Shown here one piece after another: positions 37,856-48,042 of a DNA stretch of 64,000 nt (position 1 is the first letter of the stretch; each line of letters begins with the position of its first letter). The notes under the pieces are model-generated. The model was given only the letters and a program-made list of their open reading frames with translations, ran no database searches and was not told the origin of the DNA. The position numbers and the translations under genes are program-made. The stretch lies in sequence record MK327931.1. One strand, 5' to 3'.

Positions 37856-37966
37856 TTTTGTTTAGGAAGATATAAATAATATAGTACTTAAACACTTAAG
37901 TCAAACTTTTTCTGTACTTAACTCAAATTTTTAAAAATAAAACTTAAGGTGTACAGTTTATAACAG

Positions 37967-37995
37967 ATCATATCATACCACTGATGTTTTGTCAA
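37967..37995 (-). promoter_or_regulatory. sigma70-like promoter
   Basis: TTGACA-N17-TATGAT. Confidence 0.7.
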
Positions 37996-38065
37996 CTAGT
38001 TCATGGTGCATCTGATGTAAAAAACAAATATATTTCATACTTATATTTAAAAAAGGAAATAAAAT

Positions 38066-38443
38066 ATGAAAGCTATCGCAGCACAAGGTAAACTACCATT
38101 CAATATCGGCGGGTTTTGTGTAACCGCAGCTAATATAAACGGTGAATTGAAATATAACTTGAACATCTTTAATCAACGTTCTAGTTGTGTTTACGATCTC
38201 ATTGATACTGATTTTAATGTTTATCGTTTTGTAACTATCACTAGTTATGATAAAGATAAAATTAGATTAGATGCATCTAAAACAGCATTGGAAATTGCAC
38301 CAACTCTAGCCAAAAATACTTTTTGTATTAAGATTGACGATAGTGCATTTGCTGAATCATTCCAGTTTCATAAAATTAAATTGAGTACTGGGGCGATGAA
38401 ATATCACCCTTGGGATTTGTATTATTGCAACCTCCCAGGTTAA
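38066..38443 (+). CDS. Hypothetical protein, only credible plus-strand gene
   Basis: AAGGA SD, fills a gap with no minus-strand gene, followed by a bidirectional terminator. Confidence 0.75.
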   Translation: MKAIAAQGKLPFNIGGFCVTAANINGELKYNLNIFNQRSSCVYDLIDTDFNVYRFVTITSYDKDKIRLDASKTALEIAPTLAKNTFCIKIDDSAFAESFQFHKIKLSTGAMKYHPWDLYYCNLPG

Positions 38444-38444
38444 C

Positions 38445-38472
38445 AAAAAAGGAGCCTTGTGGCTCCTTTTTT
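38445..38472. terminator. Bidirectional terminator
   Basis: AAAAAAGGAGCC-TTGT-GGCTCCTTTTTT between convergent genes. Confidence 0.85.
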
Positions 38473-38729
38473 TATTCTACAGTATTAAGCTTCTGACAAA
38501 TCATATCAGCTTCTACTNNNNNNNNNNNNNNNNNNNNNNNTCCAAATCTACTTGTTACCCTTTTCTCACTACGGTGTATACAGTTTACAATATAGTACTT
38601 ATTATTTTGTGCAGAAAAACGAACTTCATAATTTCGAAAAGAAGTATTAGGTTCATCCATAGCAACTATATATAACATAAAAATAAAAAACACTGTTATT
38701 AGAAAAGCAATAATAATTATTACTGTCAT
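38472..38729 (-). CDS. Hypothetical membrane-anchored protein (partly masked)
   Basis: N-terminal TM. Confidence 0.55.
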   Translation of the reverse strand: MTVIIIIAFLITVFFIFMLYIVAMDEPNTSFRNYEVRFSAQNNKYYIVNCIHRSEKRVTSRFGXXXXXXXXVEADMICQKLNTVE

Positions 38730-39202
38730 TTATCAAGACCCTTATCATAAATGCAATTAACAATAATTNNNNNNNNNNNNNNNNNNNNNNNNNNNNNNNN
38801 NNNNNNNNNNNNNNNNNNNNNNNNNNNNNNNNNNNNNNNNNNNNNNNNNNNNNNNNNNNNNNNNNNNNNNNNNNNNNNNNNNNNNNNNNNNNNNNNNNNN
38901 NNNNNNNNNNNNNNNNNNNNNNNNNNNNNNNNNNNNNNNNNNNNNNNNNNNNNNNNNNNNNNNNNNNNNNNNNNNNNNNNNNNNNNNNNNNNNNNNNNNN
39001 NNNNNNNNNNNNNNNNNNNNNNNNNNNNNNNNNNNNNNNNNNNNNNNNNNNNNNNNNNNNNNNNNNNNNNNNNNNNNNNNNNNNNNNNNNNNNNNNNNNN
39101 NNNNNNNNNNNNNNNNNNNNNNNNNNNNNNNNNNNNNNNTTGTGAAATACATTTACTTTCCTCAGCAACTACTTCTGCTATCTTCAACCAAGTCGTATGT
39201 TT
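38726..39202 (-). CDS. Probable dCMP deaminase (mostly N-masked)
   Basis: MKHTTWLKIAEVVAEESKCIS matches the T4 cd-type N-terminus; catalytic motifs hidden by Ns. Confidence 0.6.
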   Translation of the reverse strand, partial: KHTTWLKIAEVVAEESKCISQXXXXXXXXXXXXXXXXXXXXXXXXXXXXXXXXXXXXXXXXXXXXXXXXXXXXXXXXXXXXXXXXXXXXXXXXXXXXXXXXXXXXXXXXXXXXXXXXXXXXXXXXXXXXXXXXXXXXXXXXXXXXIIVNCIYDKGLDK

Positions 39203-39686
39203 CATTATAAGCTCCAATACTTAACAATGCGTTTTTACACAAATCATGAATTTTCATAACTCGAATATAGTTTAACACATCTGTTTCATTAATTTCAAAT
39301 GGTTTATCTGCATATGTAGACCACGTTTGATTTAATTCAATAACAAATGTAATTTTATCTGTATCCATAATATTATCACAAAATCTACGAAAATCTTGCT
39401 CTTCATCGGAAAGTCTGAAATTTAAATCATTTTTTAAACCATTAACTGTGAAGCAAATACCAGTACTGTAACCGATGCAAATATCTTCAATATCATATAA
39501 TCCATAAATTAATTTAGAGATAAACGTGCTATATTTGTTTCTATGATAATAGTTTAATATTTCTTGTTTAATATTAATTTCAATATCAGTAGTTTTTTGT
39601 AATGTAAGTTTAATTAATTCTAATGTCTTGATTATGTTATCTAACCAGATATTAGTATCATCTATACTTAGGTGTGTGTATTTCAT
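39162..39686 (-). CDS. Hypothetical protein
   Basis: Packed ORF. Confidence 0.6.
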   Translation of the reverse strand: MKYTHLSIDDTNIWLDNIIKTLELIKLTLQKTTDIEINIKQEILNYYHRNKYSTFISKLIYGLYDIEDICIGYSTGICFTVNGLKNDLNFRLSDEEQDFRRFCDNIMDTDKITFVIELNQTWSTYADKPFEINETDVLNYIRVMKIHDLCKNALLSIGAYNETYDLVEDSRSSC

Positions 39687-40212
39687 TATGTCCCTCTAGA
39701 TTCCAATCATCAACGAGTTTAGAACAAACTTCCATATGATTATAGTACTTTTCATCCAATACATACGGTTTATTATGATNNNNNNNNNNNNNNNNNNNNN
39801 NNNNNNNATTTCTATATATGAATGACATATTTTTATGCATTAATTCTATAGTTTTCCAAATTTTCTCAATATCATATAGAATTGTTTCTAATGACAAACC
39901 TGTTAACTTGGAAATTCTTTCAACTTTAAACCCTGATAACATCATAGTACTGTTGTGTTTAGTTAAGTAACTATATCCAATAGAACTATGTATTAACTCA
40001 ATACTATCAGTGTATGTGATTGTTTTTAGAAATGATTTTATATTTCTATTAAACCAATACCACTTTTTGTTTTTATTATAACAACTATACCATTTCTTCA
40101 ATATATCAATTGCTTCAGAATTAATTTTTAAANNNNNNNNNNNNNNNNNNNNNNNATGATGGTAAAAAATATCACTTTGTTCTTCAGTTAAATTATATTG
40201 CTGCATATTCAC
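39658..40212 (-). CDS. Hypothetical protein (partly masked)
   Basis: Packed ORF. Confidence 0.55.
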   Translation of the reverse strand: MNMQQYNLTEEQSDIFYHHXXXXXXXXLKINSEAIDILKKWYSCYNKNKKWYWFNRNIKSFLKTITYTDSIELIHSSIGYSYLTKHNSTMMLSGFKVERISKLTGLSLETILYDIEKIWKTIELMHKNMSFIYRNXXXXXXXXXXHNKPYVLDEKYYNHMEVCSKLVDDWNLEGHNEIHTPKYR

Positions 40213-40332
40213 CTACCCTAGTAACAATGATTCCTTGGGTATTTAGCTCATATAGATCAAAATATGATCAATGGAAAATTGATATACAGCAATAAAAATA
40301 GGAATCCCATGATAGGATTCCTTTTCACAATA

Positions 40333-40779
40333 TTATTTTTGATATGGGGTGTACTGATATTTTTCACAATCAGAAACAGTTAGAACACCTTCATCATAAC
40401 CATATTGAAGTACAAGGNNNNNNNNNNNNNNNNNNNNNNNAACAACATCTTTATAACGAACAATCTTATGAGATTGATTCTCAACTGCTTTCATAATCCC
40501 CATTAGCAACCAGCGACCTTCATCGGTGTGTAATTTAGCAAAGCGTGGACGCTTTGTCGCTGCCATAATATCAGTCCATTCAGCTTTAAAAATGTGTGGA
40601 CGTTTTGGAATATCATATAGTGTAGTAGGGAAAGTTACATTATTTTTCTTCATTGCTTCTGCTTGTGCTGCACGATAGCCCTGACGATATAATGGATGCT
40701 GCATTTTTAGCTGTTCAGCACTTAGAACTACTTTTGCTTTGTATGCGTCATAACCATCTTTATATTGTGCATTGGACAT
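40333..40779 (-). CDS. Hypothetical protein
   Basis: Packed ORF, YKDGY/YRQGY repeats. Confidence 0.65.
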   Translation of the reverse strand: MSNAQYKDGYDAYKAKVVLSAEQLKMQHPLYRQGYRAAQAEAMKKNNVTFPTTLYDIPKRPHIFKAEWTDIMAATKRPRFAKLHTDEGRWLLMGIMKAVENQSHKIVRYKDVVXXXXXXXXLVLQYGYDEGVLTVSDCEKYQYTPYQK

Positions 40780-40780
40780 A

Positions 40781-41098
40781 TTATTCTTTTACCTCATCAG
40801 TTTGAATGTATTTTTTGTCAGAGAATGTACCGTGTTCTTTACGCACAGCTTCTGCATGTTGAACCGCATCAACNNNNNNNNNNNNNNNNNNNNNTAGTAC
40901 TTCATTCATTAATTCAAGTACAATTGCAAAACCATTCAGCACACGCTCAGATTCATCTACATTTTTTAATTCAAGTGCTACTGCACTAATTTGATCGAAC
41001 GCAACATTAATAAAATCGGAATCTTCTAATACATTTGCTACTTCCGTATTATTACGTACTAGTACTTTCATATAATCTCCACAAAGATGATGCCCCAT
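40781..41098 (-). CDS. Hypothetical protein (likely start MKVLVR)
   Basis: GGAG SD before internal ATG. Confidence 0.65.
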   Translation of the reverse strand: MGHHLCGDYMKVLVRNNTEVANVLEDSDFINVAFDQISAVALELKNVDESERVLNGFAIVLELMNEVLXXXXXXXVDAVQHAEAVRKEHGTFSDKKYIQTDEVKE

Positions 41099-41119
41099 AT
41101 TGAGGCATCAAAATCTATC

Positions 41120-41815
41120 TTACACCCACTCTTCTACACCACCGCGACGCTTAACTAAGTACTTGCCTTCTTCGTTACGTGGACCAAGAATAATACCATC
41201 AATGAAACCATGTTCACCATATTCAAGTGCTTCTTCTGCATTTAACCACAAATCGCGGTCAGCATCTTTTAGTAATTGTTCATGTGATACACCTACAGCT
41301 TCTGCAATTTCTTTGGTCAACAATGTATTCAGTGCATCAGAATGTTGTAGGGAAATCTTCTGGTCTGTAATTAGACCTTGTGTACCAGAACTTACTTGGT
41401 GACACATGAAGTATGAGCGTTTACCACCTAAACGGAAACCTTTAGTCCCAATAACAGATTGTGTATAGCAACCCATTGATGCTGCATAGCCCATTACTAC
41501 AGTGCGAATTGGCGAAATACAAGACTTAGCAACATCTGCAATACCCAAACCTGCGTGTACTGAACCACCCGGTGAACTAATGTAGAATGTAATAGGGGAA
41601 TCACCTTGTGAGTCTAACCATACCAATTGTTGTTTGATGATATGTGCCATTTGATCATTGAAATCAGTATCAAGGAAAATGATACGGTCTTGCATCATAC
41701 GAGATGCTAGATCATATGTACGTTCTGAACCATTAACTTTCTCAACTACGTAAGGAATAGAAATGTTACGTACTTCGCCATTAGCATAACCACCAAACAT
41801 GAATTGTTCAACCAT
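41120..41815 (-). CDS. clpP: ClpP protease proteolytic subunit
   Basis: RMMQDRIIFL, YISSPGGSV, YAASMG, MCHQ, DRDLWLNAEEALEYG..ID. Confidence 0.95.
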   Translation of the reverse strand: MVEQFMFGGYANGEVRNISIPYVVEKVNGSERTYDLASRMMQDRIIFLDTDFNDQMAHIIKQQLVWLDSQGDSPITFYISSPGGSVHAGLGIADVAKSCISPIRTVVMGYAASMGCYTQSVIGTKGFRLGGKRSYFMCHQVSSGTQGLITDQKISLQHSDALNTLLTKEIAEAVGVSHEQLLKDADRDLWLNAEEALEYGEHGFIDGIILGPRNEEGKYLVKRRGGVEEWV

Positions 41816-41849
41816 TATTAATTTCCTCTATTATTTCGTTGTTGTGAGT

Positions 41850-41877
41850 ATTATATCACTAAGATTTAAAATGTCCA
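41850..41877 (-). promoter_or_regulatory. TGGACA-N16-TATAAT promoter upstream of clpP
   Basis: Same TGA-TATAAT class as 7397 and 63423. Confidence 0.6.
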
Positions 41878-41879
41878 AA

Positions 41880-42320
41880 CTATTTTACTGGAATATTTGA
41901 AAAGAAATCAGTCATCCAATACGCCGTCTCTTTGTTGAATAATACTGGATCAAACTTAAGTAACTCAACATGACTTGTATCATACACGCTTGTATCGGTA
42001 ATGTCAAACAAAGTTTTAGTACTGAATAGTGGATTACTCACTAGAAAGTAGTAATCAGCAGTAGTGCTAATGTCATCATAAAACACACCGTCATACCATC
42101 CATCATCATATACATAAACAGAATCGTCATGAAGATAGTAAACTTCTATATGTAAACTCAAGTTCTTCATGGTTTCAATCATTTTTGCCGTATGAGGATT
42201 TAACTTATTGACATTTTCAAACACATAAGAGTGTTTTTTATTCATATCAACAAATGAAAATATTCGTACTGAACGTATATTCATATTACTCCAAATAAAC
42301 AAGTGAATTAATGAAATCAT
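41880..42320 (-). CDS. Hypothetical protein
   Basis: Packed ORF. Confidence 0.6.
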   Translation of the reverse strand: MISLIHLFIWSNMNIRSVRIFSFVDMNKKHSYVFENVNKLNPHTAKMIETMKNLSLHIEVYYLHDDSVYVYDDGWYDGVFYDDISTTADYYFLVSNPLFSTKTLFDITDTSVYDTSHVELLKFDPVLFNKETAYWMTDFFSNIPVK

Positions 42321-42669
42321 ATTTCAATTTATCATCAACATAATTCAAATCAACTTTAATCATCGGAGCATGGGAACGTATAGACAGTGTTTCCATAAAG
42401 TACTGATTAAGTTTGTATGTATGGAAAAGATGAATATCTCGTTTCAATACCACCATTACTTCCCCGAACAGATCACAGAGTTCAACTTCAGTGTTAGTTG
42501 GGTCAAACCCATAACGATTCTTTAATGTACGTGGTTCTTTATTTCGATAATAATGCACAGCTTTATTACTATTCACTAACAAGTGATGATATGCATTACT
42601 ATAAACTGAGCAAATAACTCGGCTTGGATAATTGGTATATTCTGGCAGTTCAAAATAAATTAATGACAC
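42286..42669 (-). CDS. Hypothetical protein
   Basis: Packed ORF. Confidence 0.6.
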   Translation of the reverse strand: MSLIYFELPEYTNYPSRVICSVYSNAYHHLLVNSNKAVHYYRNKEPRTLKNRYGFDPTNTEVELCDLFGEVMVVLKRDIHLFHTYKLNQYFMETLSIRSHAPMIKVDLNYVDDKLKYDFINSLVYLE

Positions 42670-42681
42670 AATATCCTCTCA

Positions 42682-43485
42682 TTAAATTTCAAATACAAAT
42701 TTAGGATTGTAATCAAAATTCTCACAAGCTCCACTGTATGATTCATAGCCTCGTGGATTACAAATGATACGTGTCTTACCAATGTGGTAGTCAAAACTAC
42801 TATGAACATGACCATGAATCCAAACATCAGCACCCAAATCTTCAATGTACTGATCCATATCGGAACAGTAACAACCATTCAGTGAATCATTTTTATATTT
42901 TGGTGAAACACTTTGATAACTTGGTGCGTGATGGGTAACCACGATGACCTTGAAATCATTATCATGCATAAAGCGAACTGTGTCAATAGAATTTTTGATA
43001 AATTGTTTATCTTTGTGATGCATAAACTCAGTATCATCTGGTGTCAGTTTCTTACGCCAAGGCTCTGATGTTGTTCCATGACGGATATGTTTGTAATCGT
43101 TCATCTTCAGACGAGCATCAAACTTCGTCAAAGAATTACCTTTATCGAAGTCTGTCCACAGAGTACTACCAACAAGCAGTACTCCGTCCAGCCATACAAA
43201 TTTGTTTTGCAAAAAGATGAAATTTGGAATCTCATCTTGCATATCGGACAGTACTTTATGCGTTTTGTGGATATTGGAACCATAATATTCATGATTGCCA
43301 GGAACCAGTACTACATTCTTAAACTGCTTACATAGTGATTCTATACCAGTACGGTAACGACTGCGTTTAACTTCATCGAAGTCCCCAGCAATAATCAGTA
43401 CTGTATCACTGTAATCACCACTATGGAGGTAATCAGTCCCACCGTGTACATCAGATGTTACAACAAATTTCATAATCACCTCCAA
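42682..43485 (-). CDS. Calcineurin-like metallophosphoesterase
   Basis: SDVH, AGD, GNHEYY, THHAPS, HGHVH. Confidence 0.92.
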   Translation of the reverse strand: MEVIMKFVVTSDVHGGTDYLHSGDYSDTVLIIAGDFDEVKRSRYRTGIESLCKQFKNVVLVPGNHEYYGSNIHKTHKVLSDMQDEIPNFIFLQNKFVWLDGVLLVGSTLWTDFDKGNSLTKFDARLKMNDYKHIRHGTTSEPWRKKLTPDDTEFMHHKDKQFIKNSIDTVRFMHDNDFKVIVVTHHAPSYQSVSPKYKNDSLNGCYCSDMDQYIEDLGADVWIHGHVHSSFDYHIGKTRIICNPRGYESYSGACENFDYNPKFVFEI

Positions 43486-43492
43486 TAAATGG

Positions 43493-44911
43493 TTAACCTA
43501 ATGCGTCAATAATACTGTTTGAGAACACTTCAACAGCACTCTCACGAATTTCTAAGATACGAGTATAATCATCACAAGTGTTTTTGTCAAATCTAAATTC
43601 AATAAACACTGGTAAGAACAGTGATGGCTCACCAGTACGCTTGTCGAATACAATGTCATTACACTCAACTGTAACCACTTTACCAATAAGTTCTTGCATT
43701 CTTTCCCAAATGGTTTTAAATGTCCATTCAGCATCTTTCTCTTTGATACCAGTACCCACATTAACTTTCAATGAACCACAAGCACTTTCCAGTTGTAAAG
43801 AACCTAGGCTTCCTTTACGTTTACCTTCACCTTCATTGAAACCAACAATACGTAAGTCCAGTTGCATTTTCAATTTCATTTTCAACTGCTTAGGTGAAGT
43901 ATGAGATTTCCAGATACCATCTTCACATTTCAGTACTGAACCCTCTTCACCTTCGTTCATTAGTTCACTATTGTACTCAAATGCTTCTTTGATGTTTAGA
44001 ACTTTACGGAATCCAACCATACGAACAAAATCACTATTGAGTTCGTTAATTGCATCTACTAAGATCTCGCGACGTTCTTTACGTTTTACATCCCATACAC
44101 CTTCACAAAATGCATCATATGGAACAACATCCCATAGAACGAATACAGTACGCATTGCTTCATTCTGACTGATGCTATCTTTACCAGCTTTCTGAATTAT
44201 ACCGTTGCCAGTAGTGCGTGGGAGAATGGTTTCTCCATCATTGTCCAGTACTACACCTTCCCCCATAAAGACTACACCACTACTAAAACGTTCATCTTTA
44301 CTTTGGATGATGTGAGCAAGACCTGCCATCTCACCATCACGACAACCCAGGAAGTCGTATAGTTTACCATTACGGGATGTAGAAGTTAATGAACCATTAA
44401 TGACAACGTGGTTTAAGTACTGACCATCCATTTTCACTTCTGATATAGCGTAACCATAATCTTTGAAGTTGATGTTCTTTGCAGTCTTTTTGTCAATCAA
44501 AGAACAACGCATATATGGTTCGTCTTTGATGAATCCTTTACCAAACACATCATTGCAGTTCTTCTCCTGAATACCACAATCAAGGTTCTTAGTGAGCATT
44601 CTACGTAGAACTTCCTGATCATCTTCAGATACAGAACCCAGTACTGAAGCAATGAAATCACGCCCCGCATTTCCTGTCACATCACGCTTGTAAATGCATT
44701 CTAGCTTATCAATTGCTTCATCTAACGTCATATGTTGATATACGTCATCAGCGGCAGGGAGCTTCTTATAGCCACTAACGATAGAAGGGTCTAGAGTATA
44801 TTTCAGTACTTTTTGTAAAGTTACATTATCTTTATTTTGTTCAAGAATAGCCTTTTTGCCCAGAGTACTGCTAGTATTTTTAATGCTTTCAAGAATTGCT
44901 AAAATGCTCAT
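43493..44911 (-). CDS. lig: ATP-dependent DNA ligase (T4 gp30-like)
   Basis: EVKMDG adenylation motif, GEEGSVLK, KMKLK, OB-fold LFLPVF.EFRFDK. Confidence 0.95.
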   Translation of the reverse strand: MSILAILESIKNTSSTLGKKAILEQNKDNVTLQKVLKYTLDPSIVSGYKKLPAADDVYQHMTLDEAIDKLECIYKRDVTGNAGRDFIASVLGSVSEDDQEVLRRMLTKNLDCGIQEKNCNDVFGKGFIKDEPYMRCSLIDKKTAKNINFKDYGYAISEVKMDGQYLNHVVINGSLTSTSRNGKLYDFLGCRDGEMAGLAHIIQSKDERFSSGVVFMGEGVVLDNDGETILPRTTGNGIIQKAGKDSISQNEAMRTVFVLWDVVPYDAFCEGVWDVKRKERREILVDAINELNSDFVRMVGFRKVLNIKEAFEYNSELMNEGEEGSVLKCEDGIWKSHTSPKQLKMKLKMQLDLRIVGFNEGEGKRKGSLGSLQLESACGSLKVNVGTGIKEKDAEWTFKTIWERMQELIGKVVTVECNDIVFDKRTGEPSLFLPVFIEFRFDKNTCDDYTRILEIRESAVEVFSNSIIDALG

Positions 44912-44922
44912 TGTATATTCCT

Positions 44923-46125
44923 TTATAGATAATACTTTCCAATATAAAGTGGATTACTAATTGATAGTTGAACGTGACATGGTTTGTCTTGGTAGTAACG
45001 AGTGCTTGATGTTTTGCGTTCATTTGGTGGGAAGAATGGGGAACGATAGCCATTCCATGTACTAAATGATGAGTGTTCATTAATATCAACATCCATTACC
45101 ATAATCCCATTATCATCAATTTGAACTGGATATGCACTAAAGCGTTCAAATTTATCATTATAATGGATATTATAATCTCCACTACGCCCATAATAACTAC
45201 GCGTTGTATTATTACTTACACCAAAAAATACGCGATATGTTTGTTCATTATCTTTAGTCATAAATGGTACGTTCTCGTTGAAACGTCCATTATTCATAAG
45301 ATCATCAACATTTATTTCTTCGTATTTAATTTTAAGGTCTTTTGCTTTAAATGATTTATTGTGTACCAGTACTGGAATGTTAGATTCACCTAATGGGTTA
45401 TGTCTGTTTGTTCTATAGCTTTGCCAAAATTCATTAGCAAGTTTAATTTCTTCATCTGCCGTAGTCTTCTTATTCAAGAGTGCACGAGGTTCAAGATTGT
45501 AATTATCCAAACGTTGATTCAATGCATAAGTTCCACGAGTACTGTTAAAAAGTAAATGATAAACTGAACTTTTGTCGGGATATGCAAATTCTTTAGTTTT
45601 CTTTATACAAATTGCATGTACTTTACCGCAGTAATAGTAATCTTCTTTAAGATAAGTGAAACCATCACCAACTTTAAGACCTGCTACAGTTTCTTTTTGT
45701 TGTTCTTTTTTATTTTCTTTTTCAACTAACTTAGCAAACGTTTTTGTTTTACCATTAATTAATTCTAAGTTATTGTTGAAAAACATTGGGTCTACAAAAA
45801 CACCTTTGATTATATCGTTATTGATAATTAAATCATTCATGTTTTTTGCACTAATCATAAATTCAAATCCTTCTGGGTGACGGATCGTGAAATATGTTTC
45901 TCGTGCATGAGTTGTTAATTTATCAACTACACAAAATCCCGTAGTTGGAACGTTGTCAATATATAACGATGGAAGATTGTTCTTCTTTGCCCAGTACTCT
46001 GCTCTCTCTTTCTTTGTTTCAAACGCTTTTGTATGTGATTTTGTTGCATCGATAATAAAACCATCAACTTGGTTGTGGTTTACATAGGAACGTGCAACAA
46101 ATAACTTCTCTGGAAAATCCATCAA
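44923..46125 (-). CDS. Hypothetical protein
   Basis: 400 aa; IDNVPTTGF, HPEGFEFMI segments. Confidence 0.75.
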   Translation of the reverse strand: MMDFPEKLFVARSYVNHNQVDGFIIDATKSHTKAFETKKERAEYWAKKNNLPSLYIDNVPTTGFCVVDKLTTHARETYFTIRHPEGFEFMISAKNMNDLIINNDIIKGVFVDPMFFNNNLELINGKTKTFAKLVEKENKKEQQKETVAGLKVGDGFTYLKEDYYYCGKVHAICIKKTKEFAYPDKSSVYHLLFNSTRGTYALNQRLDNYNLEPRALLNKKTTADEEIKLANEFWQSYRTNRHNPLGESNIPVLVHNKSFKAKDLKIKYEEINVDDLMNNGRFNENVPFMTKDNEQTYRVFFGVSNNTTRSYYGRSGDYNIHYNDKFERFSAYPVQIDDNGIMVMDVDINEHSSFSTWNGYRSPFFPPNERKTSSTRYYQDKPCHVQLSISNPLYIGKYYL

Positions 46126-46541
46126 ATTGTCCTCATTGTGCTGATTGCTTTTAATGTGTCAAACAATGCACCATATTTTACTTGCATTAGTTGATCACCA
46201 GCAGGAAGATTCATACGCATAACAGCCATGTCTTCAATCATTTCAGACGTACACAGTACTGCTACACAGGTAATAGCATCATTCAATCCAGCTTCATTGA
46301 ATTTGGCAAACGGAACTTTTCCCTGTTTGCTAAGGTTGTTATAATAAGAATTTAACTTATCATGTCCACCAGCATTTAGTACTACAATAGTTTCGTGTTC
46401 ATAGTACCATTCATCAATAATAGTACTGAAAGCAGTACCTTCATATTCTTTAATTAGTTTAACACCAGCATGGAATGCTTGAATACCAGCTTGGACACCT
46501 TGGCAGTACATATTAGTTAAGCAATACAATTTCATTTCCAT
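46122..46541 (-). CDS. Putative Pth2-like peptidyl-tRNA hydrolase
   Basis: GIQAFHA, TIVVLNAG, F.EAGLNDAITCVAV resemble Pth2 fold motifs. Confidence 0.45.
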   Translation of the reverse strand: MEMKLYCLTNMYCQGVQAGIQAFHAGVKLIKEYEGTAFSTIIDEWYYEHETIVVLNAGGHDKLNSYYNNLSKQGKVPFAKFNEAGLNDAITCVAVLCTSEMIEDMAVMRMNLPAGDQLMQVKYGALFDTLKAISTMRTI

Positions 46542-46759
46542 ACCTCTTGTTTTTCTACGTAGCCTTTCCCATCACAGTGTGGACAAGCATAAAAGCTGCG
46601 GTAATCTTCTGACGGTACTTGTTGTGTTCCATTACATGTAGGACATACTTTACGTGCACCAGAAATAATACGTTCATGGTGTTCAGCTTGTTTAGCTGAA
46701 TCAAAAATACGACCATCTTCAGTTTGGTATTTTTCTACCATAACTTGAATTACTTTCAT
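46532..46759 (-). CDS. Small zinc-finger protein
   Basis: CPTCNG...CPHCDGKG. Confidence 0.7.
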   Translation of the reverse strand: MKVIQVMVEKYQTEDGRIFDSAKQAEHHERIISGARKVCPTCNGTQQVPSEDYRSFYACPHCDGKGYVEKQEVWK

Positions 46760-46769
46760 TTCTATTTCC

Positions 46770-47039
46770 TTATAAAAATGTTAAATCTTCAGTACTTAAT
46801 TGTGATAATTTACCATCATATTCTATTTCAACATATACATCTTGGTCATAAACAGCAACTACACGTTTAATAACTCCAACCTTCACGACATTCTTTTTGT
46901 AGTTGAACTCAACTGAACAACCAATAAGTTTATTTGATAGAATCTCACGTATTTGATTTGCATGGTCTTTTAGGATAGAATTAATAGATTTTTTCATAAT
47001 ATATCTATCATTCAAATATTTTTTAACTACATCATGCAT
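46770..47039 (-). CDS. Small paralog-family protein
   Basis: Helix + KLIGCSV + beta strands. Confidence 0.65.
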   Translation of the reverse strand: MHDVVKKYLNDRYIMKKSINSILKDHANQIREILSNKLIGCSVEFNYKKNVVKVGVIKRVVAVYDQDVYVEIEYDGKLSQLSTEDLTFL

Positions 47040-47044
47040 AATTA

Positions 47045-47803
47045 TTACCTTTTGAAACGATTGAATGAGTACTCATCTTTTTCTTTACGTAAGTATCTCA
47101 TCCCACCACTTTGTGGAGTAGCGAGAGTTAAGTCACCCGTCAAGAACTGACTATCAATCCAAATGCGATTACCGTAAATGAGTGGGTCTGTAACTGCTGT
47201 ATGTCCACTAAAGACACAATGCACTCCATCTAACTTAGGTGCATAATATGTATTATTAGTTCTACAATAATCGAATGTTTTTCTATCCCACAAGCACTTA
47301 TCAATTATATCAGCACTAAGTGATTTTGTCCCATTAACAAATCGTTCCCATGTTGTATATTCCAACGGAACTCCAGCATGAACTAACCCAATCTTCAATC
47401 CTCGGTGATTGATTTGGATAATCATAGGGAGATCCTTTAAGTACTGACGAAAGAATTGAATGCCTGTTCCTCCAACTTCATCAAGGAATTTATCACCACC
47501 ATTACTTATCCAACAATGATACCAATCTCGAAGTGTTTCCGAATCAACGCACATCATCTCATGATTACCCGCAATCATGTAACGATTTTCTCCGAACAAA
47601 AATTCAAAAAGGAGCTTTGAATTTTGTTCTCCACGGTCGATAATATCACCTACACTGAAAACATAATCATTGTGTGTAATACCAAATTCTTTCACTGTAG
47701 CATCCCATAGTTTACCATTACCATGCAAATCACCTACAATGTATAAATCTTTATCATCAGGTACAGTTACTTCTAAGAAGTGTTTCATTATTACTCCAAC
47801 CAT
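47045..47803 (-). CDS. Ser/Thr protein phosphatase (NinI/PphA-like)
   Basis: GDLHG, VGDIIDRG, GNHE, W..NGG, LWDR, GHT. Confidence 0.92.
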   Translation of the reverse strand: MVGVIMKHFLEVTVPDDKDLYIVGDLHGNGKLWDATVKEFGITHNDYVFSVGDIIDRGEQNSKLLFEFLFGENRYMIAGNHEMMCVDSETLRDWYHCWISNGGDKFLDEVGGTGIQFFRQYLKDLPMIIQINHRGLKIGLVHAGVPLEYTTWERFVNGTKSLSADIIDKCLWDRKTFDYCRTNNTYYAPKLDGVHCVFSGHTAVTDPLIYGNRIWIDSQFLTGDLTLATPQSGGMRYLRKEKDEYSFNRFKR

Positions 47804-48042
47804 ATAATATTAGTGTGTTTAGTAACTTGTGTTCCAGCAAAAGAACCATCTTTAAGATAAGTATTAATTTTAAAACGCCATTCACCACCACTAATATACA
47901 TATCAGTAATAATATACTTTCCATACCCTCTGGAGTTTATTAATCGTACTTCTTGACCAATATATTTTGGCTTCAGATCATTTATAAAATCATCAGCCAA
48001 AGACATAAGATATCGCAAATGTGATAAGTCAGTGTTGAACAT
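47791..48042 (-). CDS. Small paralog-family protein
   Basis: KYIGQEV. Confidence 0.65.
   Translation of the reverse strand: MFNTDLSHLRYLMSLADDFINDLKPKYIGQEVRLINSRGYGKYIITDMYISGGEWRFKINTYLKDGSFAGTQVTKHTNIIWLE

Noticed and set aside
36268-39224. X-rich ORFs spanning N runs
   Set aside because: Open only because Ns hide stop codons
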